Assembly: GCA_040776945.1 (NCBI GenBank)
Contig: JAXGZN010000001.1
Coordinates: forward strand, 288,001-352,000
Length of the DNA stretch: 64,000 nt
Origin: Methanomassiliicoccaceae archaeon
GTDB taxonomy: Archaea > Thermoplasmatota > Thermoplasmata > Methanomassiliicoccales > Methanomassiliicoccaceae
Reading direction: 5' to 3'
Below the pieces are notes generated by a model. That model was given only the letters and a program-made list of their open reading frames with translations. It was not told where the DNA came from and searched no databases. A program made the translations under genes and the position numbers. Shown here piece after piece: positions 20,001 through 29,398 of the stretch; position 1 is the stretch's first letter; the number at the start of each line of letters is the position of its first letter.

Positions 20001-21933
20001 ACTGTGGCACTACCGCTCCAGGCACGAATCGCTGATCGCCTTCTCCAACCGCCGGTTCTACGGCGGGCGTCTGATGACCTTCCCATCCGCCGTGGCCGAC
20101 CGTGAAGGGTTGGGGGTCTCCTTCGTACACGTCCCCGATGGCATCTACGACCGAGCTCGCAGTAGGAGGAACGCGAGGGAGGCCGAAAGGACCGCGGAAC
20201 TGGTCATAGACCATGTCATGAACAGGCCTGGGGAGTCGCTCGGCGTCATAGCGTTCAGCGAGGCCCAACAGATGGCCATCATCGAAGAGCTGGAAAGGGC
20301 GAGCGCTTCCTGTCCCGAACTGAGCCTCCTTCTCAACGACGAGAGCGATGAGGGGTTCTTCGTCAAGAACCTCGAGAACGTGCAGGGGGACGAGCGGGAC
20401 GTCATGATCTTCTCCGTCGGTTACGGCCGCGACGCTCAGGGCCGCATGCACCAGAACTTCGGACCCCTGAACAAGGCGGGCGGAGAGCGCCGGCTGAACG
20501 TTGCAATAACGAGAGCGAGGATGCATGTGAAGCTGGTGGCGTCCATACTCCCTGAGGACGTTGAAGGCACCACTCCCGGAGCGGAGGCCCTTAGGGAGTA
20601 TATGGCCTATGCCATGGGTCAGGGGGCCGCTGCTCGTCAGGCGGTAAGCGAGGAGGAAGGGGACCATCTGTTGAAGGAGGTCCGGGCTTGGTTGGAATCC
20701 AGAGGATTGGTGGTGGTGGAGAGGGTAGGCCGCTCTCTAGCCCGGATCGATCTGGCTGTCGCCGACCGCAACCGTCCCGGCAACTACGTTCTGGGCATCA
20801 TTGCCGACGGCCCGTCATATGCAAGGGCAGGCAATGCCCGGGACCGGGAACGACTTAGACAGGAGGTGCTCACCGGTCTGGGATGGAGCCTGCACCGGGT
20901 CTGGTCCCAAGAATGGATACGGGACAGGGACCGCGAGGGAGAGCGTATCCTGGAAGCGCTCGACCGAGCCCGGGCCGTTGCGGCAGAGAGGGCGCTCAGG
21001 GAGCAGGGATCGGGCCCGAAGGCTGTTCTGACGGCTACCTTCTCAGGGATGTCCGGCGATGCCGGTTTGGCCGAGATGGTGACCTTGAGCGCTGGACCGG
21101 AAGAGGCGGACCCCGCAGCCGTTCCGATCCTGTCAACGGCGAAAGCGGAGGGAGGGGCGGCATGGAGCACGATCTCGCCCCCAGCCCTACCTACGTCCGT
21201 CATGGAACCCCTTGTGCCCATGGCCTTGCCCGTGGAAGTTCCCAAGGGGGTCGATGAGGAAAGGACCGCGTGCACGGACGAAGAAGGCGCGGTCTCACGT
21301 CCTGAGGTCCCGTCCCAGGAGGAGCGGGAACTGCGGCCAAGATACGTGAGGACCGACCTGGTGGGCCACCGCTCGCTGGTTTCATCCTATCGCAGCGATC
21401 CATCGAGGACGCTCATGGAGGCCATGGAGGCCGTGGTCCTTATCGAAGGCCCTGTGCATATTTCGGTGGTCAAGGATCGCATCAGGGACCTGGTTGCCGC
21501 ATCCACCGGAAAACGCCCGGGCAACATGGAAAAGGCCATGAAGCAAGCGACCGCGGCTCTGGAAAGGTACTCTAAGGTACGGGTGGAGGGCGAGTTCCTA
21601 TGGCCCGTGGACAAGGTCGATGTCGCTCCCCGTATGTGCGAGGATTTCCGGCGAAGCGTCGATCATGTTTGCGACATGGAAATGGAAGCTATGGTGTTGT
21701 CCTTGGTCCCTAATGACCGTCCGATCGACCTTCGCGAGCTGGTGAGCGGAGTGTCGGCTTTGCTCGGCTACAAGCGCCCTACGCCTGCGATAAGGAGCAG
21801 GGTGGAACATGCGGTGGACGTTCTCAGCGATAAGGATACGGTGGTCTCCGAAGATGAGATCGAGGCGCAGGACACTAAGGCCGGACAGCCTAAGAACGAT
21901 GAGGTCCCCGTCGCCGAGCAGGCCTGTCCATGA
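17047..21933 (+). CDS. DUF4011 / SF1 (Upf1-like) helicase / Vsr-like (MTES_1575-type) nuclease / DUF3320-like multidomain protein, copy 1
   Basis: WRKSLVDTSLRNRLL, DADSSQ, QGPPGTGKSQTITN, SEKMAAL, LMSPLSVS, FDEASQ, GDGKQLPP, HYRS, ENVQGDERD, RRLNVAITRAR, RIDLAV, LGWSLHRVWS. Confidence 0.9.
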   Translation: MSTLSADTIDVRIERWRKSLVDTSLRNRLLDVKESRLGCLRLTSPSPQDICGALVALKGTLFVEIGPNGSASFFSQEGLSPQRSAEAPKGDRTLMMMRTKAREAMREQGVNILFLTLGTLEWSSEGTQGQRVQSPLVLVPVEIGRSSPLDPYTLKATGEAIGNPTLAHKLRSELGITLPVLPDGTLELSAYLDTVANSVQRFGWKVSDSSYLGLFKFPKMCMFDELGQYRAAAAAHPVIRALAGETANLQAATIKSADDGVDLKVLDADSSQIEAISLALSGSSFVLQGPPGTGKSQTITNIIAESISRGLTVLFVSEKMAALEVVKKRLDGRGLGDFCLELHDHDGSRQAVVEELSRCVFMPPSMEQPLTEREELDHARSYLDGYVDALHQQRDGIGISFRELLSELAALRSAPDISMGFPNLGRLSWRELPPLLPLIRDLERYSAVLAAGTDHPWSDCLIDSWKLSSQTEVVHRLSALKLASARMREAAEQFSRSLDLEAPSSLKEVNEMISHLREVNLTAYPDERWLESDPAPLFKLLDETRSAYQELGDRMAWLRQKYREDVLALDLHSMQTRFENDHRGPIRRMFSFSYRRDMGTLRSLNRAARKLNFETAKEEIGEIVRISQSITGLHAMETECGERLGKHFQGENTEWEKVRAAISWTKDYYDRYGTPSSPGLVRLLCSGPEVLVGLKTKVDELQDVAMRMEEAVSAITERFLMSRLTAGRTVHEVSFNELIDWAQAHVEATPRFQEWAEATRVKREAAEKGLGDLLVMATQGSLPDRGLWDGVRKRYLVLWHDLIISRDRRLRDFDGEAHERTIERFTELDRRCIDQSAGRARALLEARRASLCDLSSPEMGSGLWVLKHEVSRKRNLRPIRELFSQASEPIQALKPCLLMSPLSVSTFLDPSKVSFDLVIFDEASQVRPEDAIGSIMRAKQVIVVGDGKQLPPTDFFREVTDEEEDVPDLESILDECSSAMPQHMLLWHYRSRHESLIAFSNRRFYGGRLMTFPSAVADREGLGVSFVHVPDGIYDRARSRRNAREAERTAELVIDHVMNRPGESLGVIAFSEAQQMAIIEELERASASCPELSLLLNDESDEGFFVKNLENVQGDERDVMIFSVGYGRDAQGRMHQNFGPLNKAGGERRLNVAITRARMHVKLVASILPEDVEGTTPGAEALREYMAYAMGQGAAARQAVSEEEGDHLLKEVRAWLESRGLVVVERVGRSLARIDLAVADRNRPGNYVLGIIADGPSYARAGNARDRERLRQEVLTGLGWSLHRVWSQEWIRDRDREGERILEALDRARAVAAERALREQGSGPKAVLTATFSGMSGDAGLAEMVTLSAGPEEADPAAVPILSTAKAEGGAAWSTISPPALPTSVMEPLVPMALPVEVPKGVDEERTACTDEEGAVSRPEVPSQEERELRPRYVRTDLVGHRSLVSSYRSDPSRTLMEAMEAVVLIEGPVHISVVKDRIRDLVAASTGKRPGNMEKAMKQATAALERYSKVRVEGEFLWPVDKVDVAPRMCEDFRRSVDHVCDMEMEAMVLSLVPNDRPIDLRELVSGVSALLGYKRPTPAIRSRVEHAVDVLSDKDTVVSEDEIEAQDTKAGQPKNDEVPVAEQACP
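19789..19898 (+). repeat. Near-identical tract shared with 24770-24879 (helicase motifs II-III)
   Basis: About 110 bp, with two mismatches seen by eye. Confidence 0.8.
20355..20543 (+). repeat. Near-identical tract shared with 25339-25527 (helicase motifs V-VI)
   Basis: About 189 bp, with only two mismatches seen by eye between the two helicase paralogs. Confidence 0.85.
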
Positions 21934-22009
21934 TGGCCCCCGCCAAATGCCGCAAACCCCTTGACCATACCTTTTTCCCTCGAAGCGATACTTGACCGGG
22001 GAACCCCAT

Positions 22010-25000
22010 ATGTCTTCATCCTCCTCATTTGACAGAAAGCTCGAGCACTGGCGGCAGAACCTGCTGGATATGACCTTCCGCAACCGCATGCTGAACTTCA
22101 GGCCGCGGTCCGCGGTACGGATGGTCCGACCTGACGCCCGGGCCATCTTCGATCTCCTTGTCAGGGACGAACGCATGCTGACGGTGAGGGAGCTGTCAGA
22201 GGAGGATGGCGCTCAGCCTGCGGATAGCATCATCATGAACGCTGGCGAGGTCCTGCCGGCATACGGCCCTCGTGGGCTCACGGACGACCTCAGAAGGATG
22301 AGGCTAAGGGCCCGAGCACACCTCCAGGAGCAGGGGGCCAACATCCTTTTTATGGCCTTCGGGATGGTGCGATGGTATGAGACGCCGAAGAGCTCCGAGG
22401 AGCTGTTGTCCCCGCTGGTCATGGTACCGGTGGAACTTCTGAAGGAGGGCCCTGCGCGCCCGTTCAAGGTACGCGCCTCCGGCGACGATATCACTGTCAA
22501 CCCCAATCTCATGTTCAAGCTCAGCACGGAATATTGGCTGTCCCTTCCCGAGTGGCCGGAGGAACCCATGGACCTGGAAGACTATCTTCTCCAGGTCAGA
22601 GGCGCACTGTCGGAGATGCCCCGTTGGAAGGTCGACGCGGATGCATATCTTGGCCTGTTCTCTTTCTCCAAGCTCAGCATGTATCGAGAGCTCGAGGACC
22701 AGAGGCCCCGGCTTGCCGCGCATCCCTTCATCAACGCCCTTGCCGGGGACCATTCCCTGCTGCCCATGGTGCCCGAGCATCCCACGGCCGATACCCTCGA
22801 CGCTGCGGTCCGACCATCTGACACCTTCCAAGTGTTGGACGCAGACTCCAGCCAGCAGGAGGCCGTCGAGATGTCCAAGAGGGGCATCAGCTTCGTGCTC
22901 CAGGGCCCTCCGGGCACTGGAAAGAGCCAGACCATCACCAACATCATCGCTGAGGCTTTGGCCGCAGACCGCACGGTGTTGTTCGTCTCTGAGAAAATGG
23001 CAGCCCTTGAGGTCGTGAAGAAACGCCTAGACGAGAAAGGACTCGGGGATTATTGCCTGGAGATACATAGCCGCAAGGTCAGCAAATCGGCTGTGATGGA
23101 CGAGCTGCGCAGGAGCATGATGCCCCTTCCTGTCGAGACGGCCCCCTCCGACGACCTTCAACGCTTGGAGCGGACCCGGGAAGAGCTGAACGGATATGTG
23201 GACGCCCTTCACAGACCGCGAGGGAGGATGGAACGGTCGGCATATTACGTCTACGGCCGTCTGGCGGCCCTAGAGGGTATGCCAGACCTACCGGTCCAAG
23301 TTCCAGACGTGATGAGCGTTGGCCTCTCGGACCTTGACGACAGGCTCAGACTGGTAAGGAGGGTAGAGAGCATGAGGGGCGTCGTTGAAGGGATGGACCA
23401 GCATCCCTGGCGCGATCTGCGGACCAGTGGGTGGATGCCTGGGAACGAGGTGGTCGTAGGCATCTCCCTCCAAAAGCTTCGAGATGCCATTTCCCGCCTA
23501 TCTGAAAGCTGTGCAAAGATCTCAGCTATGACCGGAATGAACGGACCAAGCAATCTGGATGATACCAGGACATTCATCGGCCTCCTCGGACAAGCATCCA
23601 GGACCCCTTTTCCCGAGGTCTCGTGGATATCCGCCGGGCGACCGGAGAGGCTTCTAAGCGATATCAGCCAACTTGAGGAGATGCGCTCCAAGCTGGCTTT
23701 TTATCGAAAGTGGTCAGAGGATAACTACAATGGCGATGTGATCACCCTCGAAGCGGAAAGCATTTCGGCCCGGTTCGAAAGCCGCTATAGAACCCCGCTC
23801 CGCGTGCTCAGTGGCGAGTATAGAAAGGACATCGCGTCGCTGCGGGGGGCCCGCAGGACCGCCGGGAAGCTTAGATACGCTGACGCGGCCGCCGACCTTC
23901 GCAGACTGGTGACCCTCAGGGAACTGGAGAGACGCGTGGTCGAGACCGAAGGGGCCATAGGCGCAGAGATCGGACCAAGGTTCAGGGGAAAGATGACCGA
24001 TTGGGACGAGGTGGCCGCCAGCCTGCGATGGACCTCTGAGTTCATCGGCGCCGCGGGCCATCCTCTGGCCCCTCAGCTCATCGCCATGCTCAGCGACAGA
24101 GGCGGCAGGGTGCGGGACCTGCGTCTGGCGGTTGAGGGCGCGGAGGCGGAGCTGGGCGAACTAGAAGGCTCCTTGGAGTGGTTGGGGAATAACTTCATGC
24201 TCGGACCTCCGGAAGAGTTGCGGACCATGCCGTTCGAGCGCCTTGACCAATGGGCGGCCGACCACCTAGCGGCGGCCCCTTCCATGAAGGAATGGATCGA
24301 GGTCTCGGCCCTCGCCCGGAGCTGTCGGGAGAACGGGTTGGGCGAGATCATCGACCTCGGGCGCAGGGGAGCTCTTCCTCCGGCCGACCTGGCCGGAGCG
24401 TACGAAAAGAGGGCCTTCAAGGCATGGTTGGACCAAGCATATCACGATGATCCGGTGCTCAAGGGGTTCAACGGTGATGAGCATGCCCGCGCCGTGGCCC
24501 TGTTCAGACGCTTGGACGAAAGGCAGATGGAGATCGCCCAAAGGCGATTGAGGAACCTGCTGAATGTCAGGAGGGAGCAGGCGCTGAGACCTCAAGGCCC
24601 GATATCCGAGGAGCTTGCATCACTGCGCCATGAAACGGCGAAGAAGAAGAGGTTCAAGCAGATCCGACAGCTCTTTCGGGAATGCCCCGGCATCATACAG
24701 GCCCTCAAGCCCTGCTTGCTGATGAGCCCCATATCTGTTAGCCAATATCTTGACCCAGAGGCCCTGGGGTTCGACCTTGTGATCTTCGACGAGGCCTCGC
24801 AGGTGAGGCCAGAGGACGCTATCGGCTCGATCATGCGGGCCAAGCAGGTCATTGTGGTCGGGGACGGCAAGCAGCTGCCGCCAACATCGTTCTTCAGAGG
24901 CGAGGCCGGCGAGGAGGAGGACATGGAGGATCTGGAGAGCATCCTTGATGAATGCTCGGCCATCAACATCAAGCAGCACATGCTACTGTGGCACTACCGC

Positions 25001-26524
25001 TCCAGGCACGAATCGTTGATCGCCTTCTCCAACCGCCGGTTCTACGGGGGAAGATTGTTCACATTCCCTTCGTCCGGCCGGGAGGAGGGGGAATGGGGAG
25101 TATCCTTCACCAGGGTCCAGGATGGCATATATGACCGCTCCGGGACCAGGACCAACGTGGTCGAGGCGAGAAAGGTGGCTGAACTGGTGTTCGATCACTT
25201 CTCCGCCACACCTGAACGTTCTTTGGGCGTCATAGCGTTCAGCGAGGCCCAACAGATGGCCATCATCGATCAGCTGGACACTCTACGTCGCCAGAGGCCT
25301 GAGTTCGAGAGATTTTTCGCGGAAGGCGACGCGCAGGAGTTCTTCGTCAAGAACCTCGAGAACGTGCAGGGGGACGAGCGGGACGTCATGATCTTCTCCG
25401 TCGGTTACGGCCGCGACGCTCAGGGCCGCATGCACCAGAACTTCGGACCCCTGAACAAGGCGGGCGGAGAGCGCCGGCTGAACGTTGCCATAACGAGAGC
25501 GAGGATGCACGTGAAGCTGGTGGCGTCGATCGGAGCCGATGATATCGATGGCTCGTCAAGCGTTGGCACAAGGTTGTTGAAGGACTACATCTCCTTCGCC
25601 GCGAGCGGAGGAAGACAAGACATCGTGCAGGCCGGTCACGATCGAAAAAACTGGCCGAACCTTGATCCTTCGCTAGAGGACGATGTGCACAGAGCGTTGG
25701 TGGCAGAGGGGATGAGGGTCCATAGGCAAGTAGGTTGCTCGGGCTACCGCATTGACCTGGCGGTCGAGGACCCTGCCCGACCGGGAACGTTCCTTTTAGG
25801 CATAGAGTGTGACGGCAACGCCTACCGCTCCGGCAAGACCGCCAGGGACCGGGACCGCATCCGAGAGAGCGTCCTCCGAGGCCTGGGGTGGAACATCCAT
25901 CGCATCTGGTCGAAAGAGTGGGTCGAAGATCGATCGAAGGAGATCGAGAAGGTGAAAAAGGCCCTTGCGGCAGCCGACGGCGCGAGCAGGGCGGTAGGTC
26001 CGGGCATATCGCATGTTCCTGGAACAGGGGCCGCCCCGAATGATTTTGCCTTAGAGAAAGAAACGTTCTTGCCGGCCTTTTTGGACCTGGTCAAGGAAAG
26101 AGGCCCGGTGCACCGCGACGTGGCAAGAGATGTACTCGACGGTCACGTGCACCGGCCAGAGGACGTGGAGCGGGCACTATCGGAGCGCCTATACGCGCTT
26201 ACCAAGAGCGGAGCTATTAGTCTGAAGGACGGTTTCATTTGGTCTGCCCAGATGTCCATTCCGCCGATCCGCCGGCCTGAAGGCAGGGAGCCAATGGACC
26301 TGGGTCTCGTAGCCCTTGAGGAGATAGCGGAGGCGGAGCTTTACTGCATGGGAGAGAACGATGACATGGCCAGGGAAGAACTCATCGAGAGGACCGCTGC
26401 GTTCTATAGGTATGAATCGATTCCCGGGCAGGTCCGGGTCCGGTTAGAGCTCGCGGCCGAGCATCTGGTCCGGTCAGGCCGCCTAGTGTCTCAGGGCAAG
26501 GGCCGTCTGCGAAGGGCCAGATGA
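22010..26524 (+). CDS. DUF4011 / SF1 helicase / Vsr-like nuclease / DUF3320-like multidomain protein, copy 2
   Basis: Same motif set as copy 1. Nuclease region QVGCSGYRIDLAV..LGIECDG..ARDRDRIR..LGWNIHRIWS. Start refined to ATG 22010. Confidence 0.9.
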   Translation: MSSSSSFDRKLEHWRQNLLDMTFRNRMLNFRPRSAVRMVRPDARAIFDLLVRDERMLTVRELSEEDGAQPADSIIMNAGEVLPAYGPRGLTDDLRRMRLRARAHLQEQGANILFMAFGMVRWYETPKSSEELLSPLVMVPVELLKEGPARPFKVRASGDDITVNPNLMFKLSTEYWLSLPEWPEEPMDLEDYLLQVRGALSEMPRWKVDADAYLGLFSFSKLSMYRELEDQRPRLAAHPFINALAGDHSLLPMVPEHPTADTLDAAVRPSDTFQVLDADSSQQEAVEMSKRGISFVLQGPPGTGKSQTITNIIAEALAADRTVLFVSEKMAALEVVKKRLDEKGLGDYCLEIHSRKVSKSAVMDELRRSMMPLPVETAPSDDLQRLERTREELNGYVDALHRPRGRMERSAYYVYGRLAALEGMPDLPVQVPDVMSVGLSDLDDRLRLVRRVESMRGVVEGMDQHPWRDLRTSGWMPGNEVVVGISLQKLRDAISRLSESCAKISAMTGMNGPSNLDDTRTFIGLLGQASRTPFPEVSWISAGRPERLLSDISQLEEMRSKLAFYRKWSEDNYNGDVITLEAESISARFESRYRTPLRVLSGEYRKDIASLRGARRTAGKLRYADAAADLRRLVTLRELERRVVETEGAIGAEIGPRFRGKMTDWDEVAASLRWTSEFIGAAGHPLAPQLIAMLSDRGGRVRDLRLAVEGAEAELGELEGSLEWLGNNFMLGPPEELRTMPFERLDQWAADHLAAAPSMKEWIEVSALARSCRENGLGEIIDLGRRGALPPADLAGAYEKRAFKAWLDQAYHDDPVLKGFNGDEHARAVALFRRLDERQMEIAQRRLRNLLNVRREQALRPQGPISEELASLRHETAKKKRFKQIRQLFRECPGIIQALKPCLLMSPISVSQYLDPEALGFDLVIFDEASQVRPEDAIGSIMRAKQVIVVGDGKQLPPTSFFRGEAGEEEDMEDLESILDECSAINIKQHMLLWHYRSRHESLIAFSNRRFYGGRLFTFPSSGREEGEWGVSFTRVQDGIYDRSGTRTNVVEARKVAELVFDHFSATPERSLGVIAFSEAQQMAIIDQLDTLRRQRPEFERFFAEGDAQEFFVKNLENVQGDERDVMIFSVGYGRDAQGRMHQNFGPLNKAGGERRLNVAITRARMHVKLVASIGADDIDGSSSVGTRLLKDYISFAASGGRQDIVQAGHDRKNWPNLDPSLEDDVHRALVAEGMRVHRQVGCSGYRIDLAVEDPARPGTFLLGIECDGNAYRSGKTARDRDRIRESVLRGLGWNIHRIWSKEWVEDRSKEIEKVKKALAAADGASRAVGPGISHVPGTGAAPNDFALEKETFLPAFLDLVKERGPVHRDVARDVLDGHVHRPEDVERALSERLYALTKSGAISLKDGFIWSAQMSIPPIRRPEGREPMDLGLVALEEIAEAELYCMGENDDMAREELIERTAAFYRYESIPGQVRVRLELAAEHLVRSGRLVSQGKGRLRRAR

Positions 26525-26615
26525 TCTGGCGGGCGCTCCTTCAATGACTTGGAACAAAGCAAAGTTTAATTAATACCTGCCTATTAGTGGCTTGCTCAAT
26601 GTCGAGGGAGTCAGA

Positions 26616-26978
26616 ATGAAAAAGACTTTAAAGACGGATCCCAACCTGGTGGCCCTCATCAGCGACCTGAAGAGGGAGTCCCGGGAGAAGGATACCGCCA
26701 TCTGGCGAGACATTGCTCTGCGTTTGGAGAAGTCCAGCAAGAACTGGGCCGAGGTCAACCTGAGCAAGTTGGAGAGATATGCGAACGAAGGCGACGTCAT
26801 AGTCGTTGCCGGCAAGGTACTGGGCGCCGGGAGCCTCAAGAAAAAGATCACCGTCGCCGCGTTCAAGTTCTCAGAGTCCGCGTCCATCGCGATTGAGAAG
26901 GCCGGCGGAAAGAAGATGACCATTCCCGAACTGGTCGCAGATAATCCGGCCGGTACAGGCATCAGGATCATGGGGTGA
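26616..26978 (+). CDS. rpl18e: 50S ribosomal protein L18e
   Basis: AIWRDIALRL, AEVNLSKL, VVAGKVLGAG, VAAFKFSESA. Start refined to ATG 26616. Confidence 0.96.
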   Translation: MKKTLKTDPNLVALISDLKRESREKDTAIWRDIALRLEKSSKNWAEVNLSKLERYANEGDVIVVAGKVLGAGSLKKKITVAAFKFSESASIAIEKAGGKKMTIPELVADNPAGTGIRIMG

Positions 26979-27403
26979 ATGATATGACCATAGTGATCAA
27001 TGCCGAAGGCCATATCCTGGGACGCCTGAGCACCAACGTGGCCAAGCGCCTTCTGGACGGAGAGGATGTTGTCGTCGTCAACGCTGAAAAGGCGATTATA
27101 ACCGGCAACCGGGACGTTATTCTCGATAATTACCAGGCCAAGTACAAGCGTGGAAAACAGATCAATGGGCCGTTCTTCCCCAAGAGGGCCGACCTGATCC
27201 TGAAGAGGACCGTGCGCGGAATGATACCGTTCAAGACCTCGCGCGGCAGAGAGGTCTATAGGCATCTCAAGGTGTTCGTTGGGGTGCCGAAGGAAATGGC
27301 CTCCGTTAAGATGGAGAGGGTGGAGAGCGCAACCAACCTGTGGACCGACAAGTACGTTACCCTGGGCGAGGTAGCCGAGCACCTGGGATCGAGGCTGAGG
27401 TGA
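26975..27403 (+). CDS. rpl13: 50S ribosomal protein L13
   Basis: INAEGHILGRLSTNVAK, VNAEKAIITG, RTVRGMIP. Confidence 0.96.
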   Translation: MNDMTIVINAEGHILGRLSTNVAKRLLDGEDVVVVNAEKAIITGNRDVILDNYQAKYKRGKQINGPFFPKRADLILKRTVRGMIPFKTSRGREVYRHLKVFVGVPKEMASVKMERVESATNLWTDKYVTLGEVAEHLGSRLR

Positions 27404-27408
27404 GTTAG

Positions 27409-27810
27409 ATGGCAGAAGTTGTTAATACCAGCGGCAAGAGAAAGGAGGCCGTGGCCAGATGCGTCGTGAGCGCAGGCAGCGGCAAGGTCAGGATAAACAA
27501 CGTCCCGATCGACATATTCACTCCTGAGCTCGCGCGCCTCAAGATCATGGAACCGATGGCCCTCGCCGGCGATAAGGCCTCCAAGGTCGACGTGTCCGTC
27601 AATGTGGCGGGCGGCGGATTCATGGGCCAGGCCGAGGCATCGCGCACCGCAATCGCCAAAGGACTGGTCGATTTTCTAAAGGACGATGAGCTGGAGAAGC
27701 TCTTCAAGGAATATGACCGCTCTCTCCTGATCAGCGACCCACGCAGGAAGCTTCCGAAGAAGCCTCTTGGCCGCGGCGCCAGGAAGAAGAGGCAGAAGTC
27801 CTACAGGTGA
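27409..27810 (+). CDS. rps9: 30S ribosomal protein S9
   Basis: SGKRKEAVAR, GGGFMGQAEASRTAIAKGL, GARKKRQKSYR. Confidence 0.97.
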   Translation: MAEVVNTSGKRKEAVARCVVSAGSGKVRINNVPIDIFTPELARLKIMEPMALAGDKASKVDVSVNVAGGGFMGQAEASRTAIAKGLVDFLKDDELEKLFKEYDRSLLISDPRRKLPKKPLGRGARKKRQKSYR

Positions 27811-27816
27811 GCTTAC

Positions 27817-28008
27817 ATGATCATCCCGGTACGGTGCTTCACTTGCGGCAAGGTCATAGGGGGCGTCTATCAGACGTACCTTAAGCGGGTCCAGCTGGGA
27901 GAGGACCCCCAGCAGGTGCTCGATGACCTGGGGCTGAAGCGATACTGCTGCCGCCGCATGATCGTAGCGCACGCCGACCTGGTGGACGAGGTAATCCCGC
28001 TGGGCTAA
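27817..28008 (+). CDS. rpoN: DNA-directed RNA polymerase subunit N (Rpo10)
   Basis: [12 protein letters not shown]...[14 protein letters not shown]. Confidence 0.98.
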   Translation: MIIPVRCFTCGKVIGGVYQTYLKRVQLGEDPQQVLDDLGLKRYCCRRMIVAHADLVDEVIPLG

Positions 28009-28021
28009 AAGATATATAAAC
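28008..28021 (+). promoter_or_regulatory. BRE/TATA box of the tRNA-Pro gene
   Basis: AAAGATATATAAAC about 28-38 nt upstream of the tRNA 5' end. Confidence 0.6.
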
Positions 28022-28047
28022 CTCTTCGCTTTAACCCCTTTGTCCAA

Positions 28048-28123
28048 GGGTCTGTGGGGTAGCTTGGTATCCTTCCAGCTTGGGGTGCTGGTGACTCCGA
28101 TTCAAATTCGGACAGACCCACCA
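28048..28123 (+). tRNA. tRNA-Pro(GGG), CCA encoded
   Basis: Acceptor GGGTCTG/CAGACCC-A-CCA. Anticodon arm CCAGC-TTGGGGT-GCTGG. T-arm TCCGA-TTCAAAT-TCGGA. Confidence 0.95.
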
Positions 28124-28385
28124 CTTTTCCTTATTTTTCATCTCATCGGCCTTCAGGCCTTGGTGGGCGATGATAACCAATAGAACGGACCATGGTCCGT
28201 ATGTTCTGAAATCAGATAATAAGCATTATAAGCCTTTGTCGCATGGGCACTATAGCATCTGAAAGCGTCGTGTCCCGGTTGCGGGGCTGCCTGAACGGCG
28301 AACGAAGCTTTCTGGTGTTCAATTCCTGTTCTCTGATTTAATTGCGGGCGCAGTATTTTCTTCCAGATCAAGGGACATAGTGGGC

Positions 28386-29147
28386 TCAGGGATGAGCCAA
28401 GAAGTAATAGTTGGTCTTTTTGTCGAACTGGCCTACGAACTCCTCCCGAGTTAGCGATGGACCGTCCTTCAGCCATTCCCCCATGATCGATATCTCCAGA
28501 CCGCAATCATCCACTACTAAGTCATAGAGCTGTCCTGGCTCAACGCCATAGAACTCCGCTGCCCCTCGGCCGTGCTCGAACACGATGAACGGACGGTTTC
28601 TCTTAATCGTACCCCTGCCCCCTTCTATCACCAGGTACTCCGCGCCCTCTACATCGATCTTGATAAAATAGAGCTCTCGGTCGCGAGGGTACATCTCATC
28701 CATTGTCCTGGTCCTGACCGAGATCTCTCGAATTATCGGTTCTCCGAAATCGTAGTGCCTCCGACGCAAGCCCGAGTACCCCGTGTTATTGGTGACCAAC
28801 TGGAAGGTGGAGGTCCCGGCTACGTTGGACAGGGCACATTCCTGCACCTCCACTTGAGGATACCTCTCGGCGATGCGTTCCGCCAGCTCCGGTATCGGCT
28901 CGACGGCGATATGGTCTCCCTGGGGGGCGAACCGGAGCATTTCCTTTATGAACGTTCCCTCATTCGCCCCAACGTCAAGACAGTTGGAGTCGCTCTTCAG
29001 CACCTGCGACATGATCTTCCTCGCCTGCTTATCATAATAGAAGTTCAGATCATGGGTGGCATAACTGTATACGAGGCTGTACGTGTTCCGCACCGACCTC
29101 TCGAAAGGCTTGCCAGTTATCATATCATTGAGGCGTCGGCGTAACAT
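28386..29147 (-). CDS. FkbM-family SAM methyltransferase
   Basis: LDVGANEG, AVEPIP, CALS, FIKIDVEGAEYLVIEG, PFIVFE. Confidence 0.9.
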   Translation of the reverse strand: MLRRRLNDMITGKPFERSVRNTYSLVYSYATHDLNFYYDKQARKIMSQVLKSDSNCLDVGANEGTFIKEMLRFAPQGDHIAVEPIPELAERIAERYPQVEVQECALSNVAGTSTFQLVTNNTGYSGLRRRHYDFGEPIIREISVRTRTMDEMYPRDRELYFIKIDVEGAEYLVIEGGRGTIKRNRPFIVFEHGRGAAEFYGVEPGQLYDLVVDDCGLEISIMGEWLKDGPSLTREEFVGQFDKKTNYYFLAHP

Positions 29148-29398
29148 GACATATCACTCCGCCTCCCTTGTCAGGCATGGTAAAAAAACCTTTCTCATTT
29201 ATGAGATGGCTTGTAACGCTATTGGGCAAGAGCACCGTGAGCCCCGTACCCAGATGTCCGAACGAAGCGCTATCGCCTCATACTTGCTCTGCCAGACGAA
29301 CGTCTTGATGAACGATCGAGAGAGCTGAGATAGCCGCCATTGATTCCGGATGGAACAGAAAAGGACGAAAGAGATTTGTAAGAGGTTTGGGAGCCGGT

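Noticed and set aside
26569-27382. Long antisense ORFs (e.g. 26570-27382, 57247-58284, 15919-16779, 47825-48574)
   Set aside because: These are shadow frames opposite well-supported genes, as expected in GC-rich DNA.
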